Shown: positions 1-10,869 of the stretch, piece after piece
Numbering within the stretch: the first letter of the stretch is position 1
Layout: the number at the start of each line of letters is the position of its first letter
Origin: Hyaloraphidium curvatum SAG 235-1
Lineage: Eukaryota > Fungi > Monoblepharomycota
Assembly (NCBI GenBank): GCA_025558095.1
Contig: JAIVFI010000023.1
Span: 372,001-436,000, forward strand
DNA: 64,000 nt
Reading direction: 5' to 3'
The notes under the pieces: generated by a model
The model's input: only the letters and a program-made list of their open reading frames with translations
The model's database searches: none
What the model was told of the DNA's origin: nothing
Translations under genes and position numbers: made by a program

Positions 1-951
1 GCCTCTTCTTCGACACGCAGTCCTTCGGCCGCCGCCGCCGCCGGCGGCGGCTCCTCATGCTCGACGCCGAGCTCGAAATGCCCTTCGAAGCAGCGCGGGG
101 CTTCCGCGACACGGTTGAAGTCACGGTTTACGCGCGCGAAGTCGCGGGCGCGAACCCGTTCGCGAAGGATGCGCGCGTTCTGTCCGAGAACCGCCTCCAG
201 AAGCGCGGACCCATCACCATCCGCATCAACGCCGAAGTGCAGTCCGGTGGCGTGCAGGACATGCAGTCGGGATTCACGATCAACGCTTCCAACGCCGGGG
301 GCAGCTCCGTGCCGGTGGGCGCGATCGTCGGCGCCGTCGTCGGGTGGGTGCCAGCCTGTTGCATGCGGGGGATGCGCTGACCCGTCCCATTTCCTCAGCT
401 CCGTTGCTCTTGTCGGTGTTATCGCAGGCGTCACTGTCTGGGGCGTGCGCAGGAAGCGCACGAGGGACGCGGCTGCGACGGCCTCTGCCGATTCCGAGAA
501 AGGGGCACCCGGGGAAAAGCAGCCCCCTGTGGAGCTCGCCAAGACCAAGACTTCCTCCTCCGACGGCGCATCCGAGAGCACGCTGACGCTCGTGTCGGCG
601 GACGGGATCCCGGATGCCGTGCCCGTTGCCGCCGTCGCCGCTGCTGTTCCCGCGAAAGCGACCGACGCCGAAACGGCCCTTGCGATCGCGCAGATGGAGT
701 CGGCGCTCAAATCGGAGAAGCGGCGCAAGAAGAAGAAGGACGACGCCGGCGACGTGATCGCCATGTACTCCAAGTCGCGAACAGTGGCCGCTCCCGCGGC
801 TGGCGGTGCAGTTGCACCGGCCGTTTCCTCTCCCGAGGCGGCGCAGGCCGTCGCAGACCAGGAAGAGGAGCTCGAGGAGGTCGAGCAGTTGCAGGAATTC
901 CTGGACATGTACCAGGCTGAACGGGAGGGCAAGCAGAAGCAACGGGTGTAG
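1..951 (+). CDS. 3' part of a single-pass membrane protein (5' end outside the window)
   Basis: ORFs 57-380 and 115-951 join across intron 344-398 (GTGGGT...GCTGAC...CAG), giving TM helix VPVGAIVGAVVGSVALVGVIAGVTVWGV followed by RRKR and a charged tail. Confidence 0.6.
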   Translation, partial: ASSSTRSPSAAAAAGGGSSCSTPSSKCPSKQRGASATRLKSRFTRAKSRARTRSRRMRAFCPRTASRSADPSPSASTPKCSPVACRTCSRDSRSTLPTPGAAPCRWARSSAPSSGGCQPVACGGCADPSHFLSSVALVGVIAGVTVWGVRRKRTRDAAATASADSEKGAPGEKQPPVELAKTKTSSSDGASESTLTLVSADGIPDAVPVAAVAAAVPAKATDAETALAIAQMESALKSEKRRKKKKDDAGDVIAMYSKSRTVAAPAAGGAVAPAVSSPEAAQAVADQEEELEEVEQLQEFLDMYQAEREGKQKQRV

Positions 952-1005
952 ATGGGTAGATAGTGGCGCGCCGAAAGACTTGGACTCGGGAAATGGGGCA
1001 CATCT

Positions 1006-4000
1006 TTATGGCAAAGTTGGTGAATCAACATGCGTAAAGCTATGCGAGGCCACCGACCCCCCGGAACCAGTTGTCCGAGACGAGCGGTGGGGGAAGCGAG
1101 GCGTGACCCGTCATGCTTCCGGAGCCCTGCTGGTTGCGACATCAGTCAAAGGCTGACCGGACCTGCACAGCATCAACAAACCTTCTTCCTCAAGTCTATG
1201 GAAAGATGTTCCAACCTCTTGCGCATGTGCGCCAGGCATGCGCGCAAATCCAGGTCCTCCGCCTGAATTTCCTGCTCCGAGTATCCCGCGCGTCCGTCCT
1301 TTATCTGCGACCTCTCGAGGGCCGCGATGCGATCCAGTAGCTTCTGCGTCGCCGCAAGCTTTTCCGCCAGCGCCGCCGCTGTTGGCATTGGCGGCACGTT
1401 GAATGCGGTTGCTTGGAACGGCCGCAGTGCCCCGGGTGGAAGAGCGTCGCGTCCCAAGCCCGACGCACGTGATGGTTCCGGCTTGCGCGAAGGTTCGCCC
1501 GAAACAAGGTCCATGAAAGTCAAGAGCAGGTCCCCGCCCGTGCTCCAATCCTTGATCGAGCCGTGCTGCTTGAGCTCTACGAGCAGACGCTTCAGCAGAT
1601 CGTGGTCTCCTGGAGGAATTAATCACATCAGTCAACGTCCCGGCCAAGACTCTTGAATCCTCACCGTTCAGAATCATGCCAGGTGCTACGACTCTAACGA
1701 TCAGGCGGTGCGCTTCCACGTACTGCTGAGCGTCAATCAGGCTAGCAATTTCTTGTCGGAGATTGCCCTGGTAGCGAGATTTTAGCGCCTAGAAAATGCG
1801 ACAAAGTTAGTTTCCGGTCCCTTCAGCAACGATCTGTCCAAAAGCACCTTGGCTTCATGAATCCAGGCGGCGGGAATGTGCAGCTTCGTTGTCAGGAACT
1901 GCCACGCATCGCTCGCTGCCGGCTTCACGGAATCCGGGCTGCCAAAGATGAGCGTCATGACGCTCTCGCTGGCGTCGTCGAGAGGAAAGTTGCGGCACAG
2001 AAGCTCCCTGATAGCCTGGTGCCGGCTAGAACGGAGGCAGAAGTGAGCGCTTGGATCCGACAGCAATGCGACGAAGCTAACCTATCCGCCCCAGAAAGGA
2101 ACAAGCACGCGTAGATAGCCCACTGCCAAAGTCCACTGCGCTCCAGCTGAAACGCCAAGCTCATTGTCAGATTGTCCGCAGTCGTTCCGCCGACGGCTTG
2201 GAAACCGGCGTGCTGCTCGATCGCGTCTCCGTCCAAGGCCATCCCGTCCCGGTTCTCGAGAAAGACCGTATCGATCTTCGTATCCCGAAACTCCCGGAAC
2301 TTGTACGACCTCGAGATCATGCTGTACAATAGCCATGACAGCCGGTAATCGAGGATGTGGGGGCCGATGTTGAGGGGGTGCAGGGCGACCTCCAAAAGAT
2401 GCCTGTCCGAGACAGATAGCAACAGCAGGTGGAAGAGAACGTCAAGGTGCTCATCGGCGGATCCAGAGCCCGTGCGCTCGAGATACAACGGCAGCGGCTT
2501 CACAATGCCGGTGCCCCTTGTCGAGTACGCGGCAGAGTAGCTGCGCAGCACCTGCGCCAAGCTGCTGGAGCCGCCGTCTTCGTACCACAGGAACAGGCCA
2601 AATACTCGCTTCCAATCTCTCAGAGATCCCCCGACCAACTCGTTTGCGACGTTTCCCGCAGCGAGCTCCCAAATGCGGAGCCGCTTCGCATCAAAGAAGC
2701 GCGCAGGAGCCTTCCCGGCAGGTTCCCGCCAGACGCGTATCTGGTTCCTGAGCTGCATGAGGACGTTTTGCGGCAGCGAGTTGCTGCCGGGGACACCGTG
2801 ACCGAAACAGACGAGCGGTGCTCCCCGACCCTCAGCCGCGCGTGAACGGACGGCCCCGGGGGCCAACCCATTCCCGCCAAGTTGGCTCAATACCGTCGCG
2901 AGCCTGAAATCGCGGCTTGAAACCGCAAATAAGCACGCCTTGGGCACATTGCAGCACGATAGATGGGAAAAGATCACGTCCGCTGGATCGCGACCCTGAA
3001 CCCCAGCTTCCTCTTCCGCAGATTTGGCAACCGCACCCCGGAGCCAGCGGCTCACGGCCGCCTTGCGGTACATGCTCCTGGCTTGAGACTGCTGAGATTC
3101 ACTGAGGCCCGCGTCGTCGCATTCCGACGGAATGTCCAAGGGATCCATAAGCGCGCGTCCCAGTCGCCACGATTGTTTCTCCGTCTCTGAGAAGTGCGGC
3201 TTTCCGGAAGTAGTTTGAACGTAGTCCGCGAATTTGGACCCGGGACAAATGTACGCGCAAGGAGCGCCGCCTCGGGTCTCGACGATCGAGTGCCTGAAAT
3301 GCCTTTCCAAAGAGTCCTTACTCGCCGACGCAGCAGCGCCAGCTGCTGCATGAGGAAAGACATCCAAAGTCCTGACGACCACGGTGCCAAACTCCAGCAT
3401 TCCCTGCTTCATCCGGCCAGGCGACGCGAAGGTGCCATTGGGTCCCCATCCCACGCGGAAAGACCGGCCCATAGCAAATCCAGCATCGCGGAAGAGCGAT
3501 TCCTTTCCCGCAACCACAGATTTTGCCAAAGGGACAACAGCATCCAGCTCACGAGCCTTTCTAGGTGCCGCAGGGCGTTGAATTACGGCTTCGGGCTTAG
3601 CAAAAGATATCGCCGTCAGTGGCTTTGAACTATTGGCAATCTCTGGGGGCGGCTCACCGTCGAAATCGTGTCTCGTTGCTGTGCCGCGTCTTCTTCCAAA
3701 TCCATGGATCTGCTTTCGGCCCTGCCTGCCTCTCGCTCTAGCTCCGCAACCGCTTGAGGAACGGATTCATTGACGCGTGAGGGAGGAGGGCCCGATCCAA
3801 AAAAAGACCGGAGGCCAAAAGATGTGGCGGATGGCGCTTTCGCGCTTCCCGTCTTTTGTCCGAATAGGTCTGCCTTCATGGCATCTTGCAAGCTCGGGCG
3901 CACGAAATCTCCGCTCTGCTGCTGCTCCGGGGATGCGGCTGCTTCAAGGAAAACGCTCTCGTAGCCCCCTGCTGAATCGTCGCCGCCGGTATTCCAGTCC

Positions 4001-7000
4001 TCCGCAATCTGTGATTGCTGCCGCTCGAGCGCCGCATCGCCGCCCAACGGATCGTCCTCAGAGTCGTCCATGGCTTCGCCGTCGCGGTGCGTTATTTCCT
4101 CCACCAGATCATCCAGTTCTTCGTCCACTTCCTCCTCGATCCGTCTGACGAAGCGGCGCTGCGGTGCTTTCTTCGTGTACGCAAAAGAGTCTTCGACCAA
4201 CGACGAATCGCCCATCACGGAGTCGTCGTCGGCAAAACCGATGAGCCTCGTCCCGAACGGGGCGGGCTTCATGAAACCGTCTGAATCCTCCACCAGATCC
4301 TCCACGAGAACGTCTTCGTTGTCCACGCCACGCTGAAGCAGTCCGTACACCGTGAAGTGCTGAACTTCGAAAACCCACTTCCCGGTCTTAGGGTCAAAGT
4401 CGATGAACTTGGTGCCTTCCATCGTCTCAAGACGGTGCCGGTGGTTGTCCATTCTTTTCGACGCCGCGTCTTTGATCGGTTGCCGCGTGGACCGGTCCAG
4501 CGGCCAGCAGTCGAGCAGTTCGATTCGCGCCGGCACGTTGAGTCCCTGGCCCACGGGCGGTTTACCTTCCTCTCCTGGGTAAACCACGACCAGCTTGGGC
4601 TTGAAAACAACCACCCTGGCGGGGATCAAGGGTATTGTGCCCTTCGTGCCATCGGGCGCCGCCGAAAGTAGGTCGACGGGTTGCAGAAATGTGATCTTGC
4701 CAACATCCTTCAACGCAACCGAAAAGTTGGAAACCCTGCGCAGCTTCTCCTCGGACCAATCCAAAAGCTCGTGCATGGGAGGCTGGGTCACGTAATTGAT
4801 AGGGTCCGACCCGGAAGGCGAGCGCGGTGACAGCCGAACGGAGCTGGCTTCTGGTGCGCTGTCCGCTGCTGAACTTTTTGGTGTCTCTGGCGGGATAGAT
4901 TGCCGATGTTGCCGAGACTCCGCGATGTCGTCGAGCTGAGGATAGATTCCGTTTGCGGAAGGACTCTCTGAAGCAGGCCCTGGCTTCGGTGGCGCGACAC
5001 TTGCGCCCTCGGAAGGAGGTGTCCCAACGGGAACTTGCTCCTTGGCCGGTGCATCGTCGCCCCAGGTAATCTCCTTCCTCGTTTCCTTGGGTCTCGCGTC
5101 CGCCATTCCCATGCCCACCGAGCTGGATAGAATATCCGCGTTGCTCAAAGTGAGCTTCTTGACGTTCTTCCGGGGGTTGAACTTCTCCGGGCTGATGATC
5201 GAGTCCAAGGAATCGATTGCTCCCAATTCCGACGAAGCCACAGACGTCCCTCCGATAGAGCTGCCAAAGTTTTTGAGCTTCAGCCTCGTCTGCAGCCTCG
5301 GCGTGACCTTGAACTGCGGCAGGGGCACGGGCTTCCGAGCTTGGTCAGACGCTGACGGCGACGCCCCGGCAGAAGAAGGCCCGTTGGCATTCGCTCCCGA
5401 CGCAGAGCCAACAGGAGTCGTCGCCGTCGACCTGGCCTGATCGAGCACAGGATTGATGCCGTACGGGTTTTGGTCGATCGTGGCGACCAAAGGCTGCTGA
5501 CCAGGAGGCAGCTGCGTGCCGAAGCCGACGTTTGCAGGGGCGGTAGATGCCCCAAACAAACTACCGCCGAGCGCAGGAGCCGGTGCCGCCTGGGTGCTGG
5601 CACCAAAGGGAGAAGGCTGGGCTGCGGGTTGACCAAACAGGCCGCCACCTGCTTGAGGGGTTGTCGTAGCCCCAAACAAGCCCTGCGCTGAAGTCTGCGC
5701 GGTAGCGGGCTGGCCAAGAGAAAAGGCTGGAGCCGCCGGTGCGGTTGCTCCGAACAGTCCGCCTCCTGTGGCCGCCGGCTGCCCGAAAGAGAAAGTGGAC
5801 GCCGCGGGCTGTGTTGTGGCCGGTGCACCAAAGAGTCCAGTGGCGGGCTTAGCGGCAGCCTGGCCGAACAGCCCGCCCGCAGCTGGCGCGGCCGTGGTGC
5901 CGAATAGTCCACCTTGCTGTGGTTGGGCCGCCGGAGCGCCGAACGAGAACCCGCCTGTCGCGGGTGCCTGCTGCTGTTGCTGCGCAGGTTGCGAGAAGCT
6001 AAACGTCGGCGCAGTTCCCGCCGTCGTCGTTGCCGTCGCACCGAAGGAGAAGCCACCAGCCGTTGCTGCATTGAAAGACGTTAGCGCATCATGTAGGCCT
6101 TCTGGAAAAGGACGTAGGCTCACCAGGTTTGGCTCCAAACAGGCCTGCCCCGGCCGCAGGGGCACTGGGAACCGTTGCGCCAAAGGAGAATGTGCTCGCT
6201 GGGGCCGCCGCCTGCGTAGTTGCTGTCCCGAACCCACCAAATCCGGTGGCTGCAGGGGCTGCAGGGGCAGTCGGCGTCGTTGCCTTTGCTCCGAACAGAG
6301 AAAAGCCAGTTTGCTGTTGCTGCTGCGCCGGTTGTGCGGTCTGACCGAATCCAAAAGGGCTCGTAGACGTTGCGGGCTGGGCAGCCGGCTGCCCAAAGCC
6401 ACCGAAACCAGTAGGAGCTGCAGGTGTCGTCGTTGCCGAGGTTGCTGTAGGAACGGTGTCACGGGCGGCCTGCACAGCAAGCCAGGGAAACGCACCGCCG
6501 AAACCAAAGGCAGGTTTCTGTTGCGATTGAGGTGTGCCGAATCCAAACCCAGCCCCAAAGCCGGTGGCGGCCGGCTGAGTAGTGGCAGGCTGCTGTGCAC
6601 CGAAGCCGGTCGTCGTGGCGCCGAACAATCCACCGGTCTGCTGGGGCTGGCCGAACGCCGTGGTTGCAGGCTGCTGTGCCTGCCCGAACCCCCCGAAACC
6701 CGTTGCAGGAGCGGCGGTCGTTGTGTTTTGCGCGCCGAAAAGGCCGGCACCAAGCGTTTGCTGCGGCTGCTGCTGAGGCTGCCCGAAACCCGAGGTCGCA
6801 CCTGGATCGCCGGTGAGAAGGATGCGGCATCAAGCATGGCATATGTGACATACTTGTGCTGCCAAACAGACCGCCAGTCGTCGGTGCGGTTTGGCCAAAT
6901 GCGCCCGTCTGGCCGAAGCCCGGTGCACCGGCCGTCGGTGCCTTCTTGCCCATGGCATAATCCTGCAGGCGGAGTTCCTGAAACAAAGGGCGACGTTTGC

Positions 7001-7868
7001 ACGGCGGCACCACAACGACGTCTGCGCGGCTGTCACAAACCTCCAGCGACCAGTTCTTGTAGTTGGCCATCGCAGTTATGCTCTGGAAAACATTGTTCGT
7101 GGGACCCGTTGCCGAGGTGTCGCGCTCGCTGTATGCTTGGAAAGGCGGGTTACCGGTTCCACAGTTTTGCTGCGGCGTGGTCTGGTTGGAAGCTCCAAAG
7201 CCGGTCGTTGCAGTCGCTCCGAATGCGGTGGTTTGAGGCTGTTGACCGAAAGCCGAAGTTGTGGTGCCCGCACCGAACGCGGGGGCGGCCGCCGGTTGAC
7301 CGAACCCCGTGGCCGTCCCGAAACCGGTCGGCTTTGCACCAAAAATACCTCCCGCCGGCTGTGCCGAGGTCGCTGCTGATGACAGATAGGGTGAGGTAGG
7401 CGCCCGCCGCGAAAGCGAGGGAACGCTGACCAGTCGTGTTGGATCCAAAGGTACCGAAACCGGTGGTGGGTGCCGCATTCTGGGTCTGCGTGCCGAAAAG
7501 ACTGGTAGACGTGGTCGGAGCGGCACCGAACGCGGGCCTGTTCTGAGTACCGAAACCGCCAAAAGTAGCTGGAGGAGAATGGGTCGTCAAGACGAGCGCC
7601 GCGTGGAATGACCGACGCACTTGTGGTGCCGCCGAAACCCGTTGCCGGTTGCTGGGCGGGCTGGCCGAAACCGGTCGCAGGTGCGCCGAAGGCTGATGTT
7701 GGCGCCGCCGCACCGAAACCTGGTAAGGCCTGGTTAGAGCAGGCACGGTGTGCCAACTGGAACCACGAGCCAACCCGTCTGAGCCGGCTGGCCGAAAAGA
7801 CCGCCCTGCGCGGGTTGCTGCTGCTGCTGCTGCTGCTGGCCGAATTGGAACGTGCTCGACCCGAACAT
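1006..7868 (-). CDS. NUP98: Nup98-Nup96 (Nup145/Nup189-type) nucleoporin precursor, multi-exon; 3' end approximate
   Basis: N-terminal FG/GLFG repeats; GLEBS motif FQSITAMANYKNWSLE-ELRLQDY; autoprotease domain ending WVFEVQHFTVYGL; Nup96 motifs MGRSFRVGWGPNG, DWKRVFGLFLWY and QLERSGLWQWAIY. Confidence 0.93.
7818..7838. repeat. (CTG)7 microsatellite encoding poly-Gln at the Nup98 N-terminus
   Basis: Seven tandem CTG copies read directly. Confidence 0.85.
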
Positions 7869-8518
7869 CGCGTCGAGCGTCGGACGCGTCGGCCGCTGTC
7901 CTATGCCCTAGGCCGGATCCACGGCGCCGCGCGCCCAAAGCTCAAAGGCTAGGCACTGTGGACCGTGCCCAGGCCTCGCATGCGGCGTTTGAGCGAGGTC
8001 CCGGCGCGCGAACGCGTCGATTTGTGGGGGACGTAAAGGTAGCCTACTGATCACCGCAAGGTCTGAGGCGTACCCCGCAACGGTGTCGCCCCGTGGACAA
8101 AACAAGCACCTGTTGGACGAAGTCATAAGGAAAGATGCGAGACATACTCTCTTCGTGAATTGCATGTGTTAGTAAGTTCAGGGTCAAGAGCCGATCGCGC
8201 ACTTTCGTGCCCCGCGGCAGTAACCTCTTTCTCCGAGCACAGAGATCGTTCGGTCATGTATTCCGCCGTGTTTTGCCCTACGTGTTGACAGGTCACGGTA
8301 CGGGACGGATCGCGTGCACGTCCGAGATCGGAGGCAGGAACGGAACGGCTGCAGCACAACTTCGCACCTTCGCCACCACCCGCAAACCACCGCGGCTCAT
8401 CCTGAATCTGCCCCACCTCTTGGGCACCTGCCTCTCATTCTCTCCCCCAAATCTTCTCTTCACCTCTCCCCCACCTTCTTCTCGACTTGACATCGCGCGG
8501 AACTGGCGAATTATCGCG

Positions 8519-9318
8519 ATGGCGACGAAATCCAACAAGCTGACACTGTTCTTTGACTGTGTGTCCCCGTATTCGTGGCTGGCGTTCGAAGTCTGCGGGA
8601 GATACGAGCCCGTGTGGCCCGACGTCGAATTCGAGTACATTCCGGTCTTCTTGGGGGGAATCAACCACGCGACGGGCAACAAGCCTCCGGGAAGCCTGCC
8701 CGCGAAAGCTCGCTACAACCAGCACGACATGGCGCGCCTGAAGGCCTTCTTCGACGTCCCGATCATGGATCAGAGTCCTTCAAAGTTCCCTGTTGTCAGC
8801 TTGAAGGCCCAGCGACTCCTCGTTGCGCTCCGGGAGCGCGATAAAGACAACACAAGGATGAAGAAGGCTGCGAGGGCGATCTGGGTAGGTTTCCGGCACC
8901 GATGCGGGTGCTGCACTGCCTCACAGACTCGTAGACAGAGTTCTGGGGACGCGACCGGAACTTGGAGGAGGACGGGACCCTGAAGGACGCCCTCCAAGCA
9001 GCTGGGATTGCGGACAAGGAAATCGGGGAGCTCATGCAGCTAGCCGGCACGGCAGCAGTGAAGGAAAAGCTCAATGCGAACACTGCGCTGGCGGTGGATA
9101 AGCGCGCTTTTGGCGCTCCGTGGCTTTGGGCCCAGAAAACCGATGCCAACGGTCAGCGCGTCGAGGCCTTCTTTTTCGGGAACGATCGATGGGAAGTCGT
9201 GGCACTCTTCCTTCAGGAAAACTGGATCGGGCCGGTTCCGGGCAGAAAACCCGTGTTTCGCGATCACGCTATCATCGGCTACCTCGGCACGGACATGCAG
9301 CTCTCTAGCAAGCTCTAG
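8519..9318 (+). CDS. Glutathione S-transferase kappa / DsbA-like HCCA isomerase family, peroxisomal
   Basis: LFFDCVSPYSWL, IPVFLGGI, AFGAPW and FFGNDRW motifs; intron 8885-8934; C-terminal SKL (PTS1). Confidence 0.88.
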
Positions 9319-9584
9319 CTTTCATCTCTCCCTTCAGTCAAGTCTTGACTCCCGTCAATCAATCCAGCCCGGCATCCGACTTTGTTGGAGGAACCCCTAG
9401 CCTATCGTTTGAACAGCCAAAAACACCTAACACGCCTTGTATCCCACAGGCTGGACAGTCTGATCACCGCGTATGTCATGGAATTGAAAAAGCATATTGG
9501 TAAAGACAACCGATCTGATTCAACCCGACCCAGCTTGCACTTGCAGCACGAGGTGCTTCTCATCCCACCCCTGCCCGCTGTTTT

Positions 9585-10650
9585 TCAGAGCCGGGGGCGG
9601 ATTGCGACACCGTACAGGCCCTCCACGCGTTCCACCCTCCTTGCCGCGAACCGAGCGCCAGAACGGATCAGGGGAGCACCGCAGTTGGAGCAGGCCGACC
9701 TGCGGGGGAGCGGGAGCACCGTGCATGAGCCGGAGAACGAGCCGCCGGACAGCTTCCCCGCCGGCGACCCACACAGATGATCCGCGTCCGTTCTCTTCTC
9801 CCTTCTCTTCCTCAGCTGTGACGACCCCGAGCTTGGAAACGTCGTACTTGCCGTCCCTGACGTCCGGGGCGGTCAGCCTCCACGCTCGGCGCGAACAGCG
9901 GTACAGCAAACCTGTAAGAGCATGCCCCGGGAACGGCTGCAGGTAGAGGGGGTTGGGTGCCGCAAGGTGAAGCTTGTCCAGGATGGCGCGCATGGCGGGG
10001 GTCACAGTGGGGATGTAGGCGGCCTTGGATGGGATGGCGACGGCGCAGATGCTGCCGGCGGGCACCGAGAAGGTCCAGGAAACTTGTTGAGCTCCGGCGG
10101 CCCGTCCTCGTCCGCAACCTCGGTCTCCGCCCCGTCCAGCTCGCAGCCCTCCAACACGGGCATCCCCCCGCTCGTTTCCGCGCCCTTCGACCGGTCCTCA
10201 CCGTTATCCAATGCCCGTCCTCGCGGCTCCTCGGCGTCCCTGCTCGCGCGTTGGGTGCGACGGGCTGAGAAGGCGACCGCCGTCCCGCCACCGCGCAGCC
10301 GCCCGCCCCCGCTCAGCCGCGCCCGCGCCGTCCAACTTGCCGTCCTCCATCGTGCCTACGCCGTCGCCGATGTTTTGGCCCTGCCGCGGAAGGAGGGAGG
10401 GTTCGGGGTGAGTTACCGCCGACGGGGCGTGGCGCCAGCCGGGGCGACCTCCCACCCGTCCCCGCGCTTCTCCGGCGCCCGCGCAGCCCACGCGGCACAC
10501 CGCAATACGTCCACCAAGCGGCGCTGCGGGGTCTGCGGGCGTCGGACGCGGTCGCTGGGGCGGTTCCGCGCGTCGTGGTTTTGGACGCGCGCCCCACCGC
10601 CGGCCCCGCCCCCGCGCAGCCCCGGATCCCCCAACCCATCCCGCCACTCG
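9585..10650 (-). CDS. Hypothetical spliced protein; exon structure unresolved, possible C-terminal CxxC (CSNCG)
   Basis: Coding-like segment SWTFSVPAGSICAVAIPSKAAYIPTVTPAMRAILDKLHL with splice-like signals; no family recognised. Confidence 0.3.
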
Positions 10651-10869
10651 TGCAAGCAGGGCAGAGTCCGTTTTTCACTTCAAAGAACGGATCCGGTCCC
10701 ATGATGCTACATTGGGCGCCCCGGGCCGCTCCGGCCGCTCCCGGCCGAGCACTGCGCGAGTCCCGGGATGCCAGCTACCAGCAGCGGCGGGGACGCGGAT
10801 CAGACTTCCGCAGCGCAAGTTAGAGTCAGTGTCTGTTCGCGCACCAATGTAGAGTCACAGCGGTGCCAG

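Noticed and set aside
5768-7399. Long plus-strand ORF (543 aa) and many similar overlapping ORFs (e.g. 11684-12763, 49125-50678, 60407-61720)
   Set aside because: Antisense or alternate-frame shadows of real genes in GC-rich DNA; Arg/Gly/Ala-rich with no motifs
7870-8518. Possible ncRNA in the relatively long NUP98/GST-kappa divergent spacer
   Set aside because: No convincing tRNA cloverleaf, snoRNA box pair or snRNA motif found by eye
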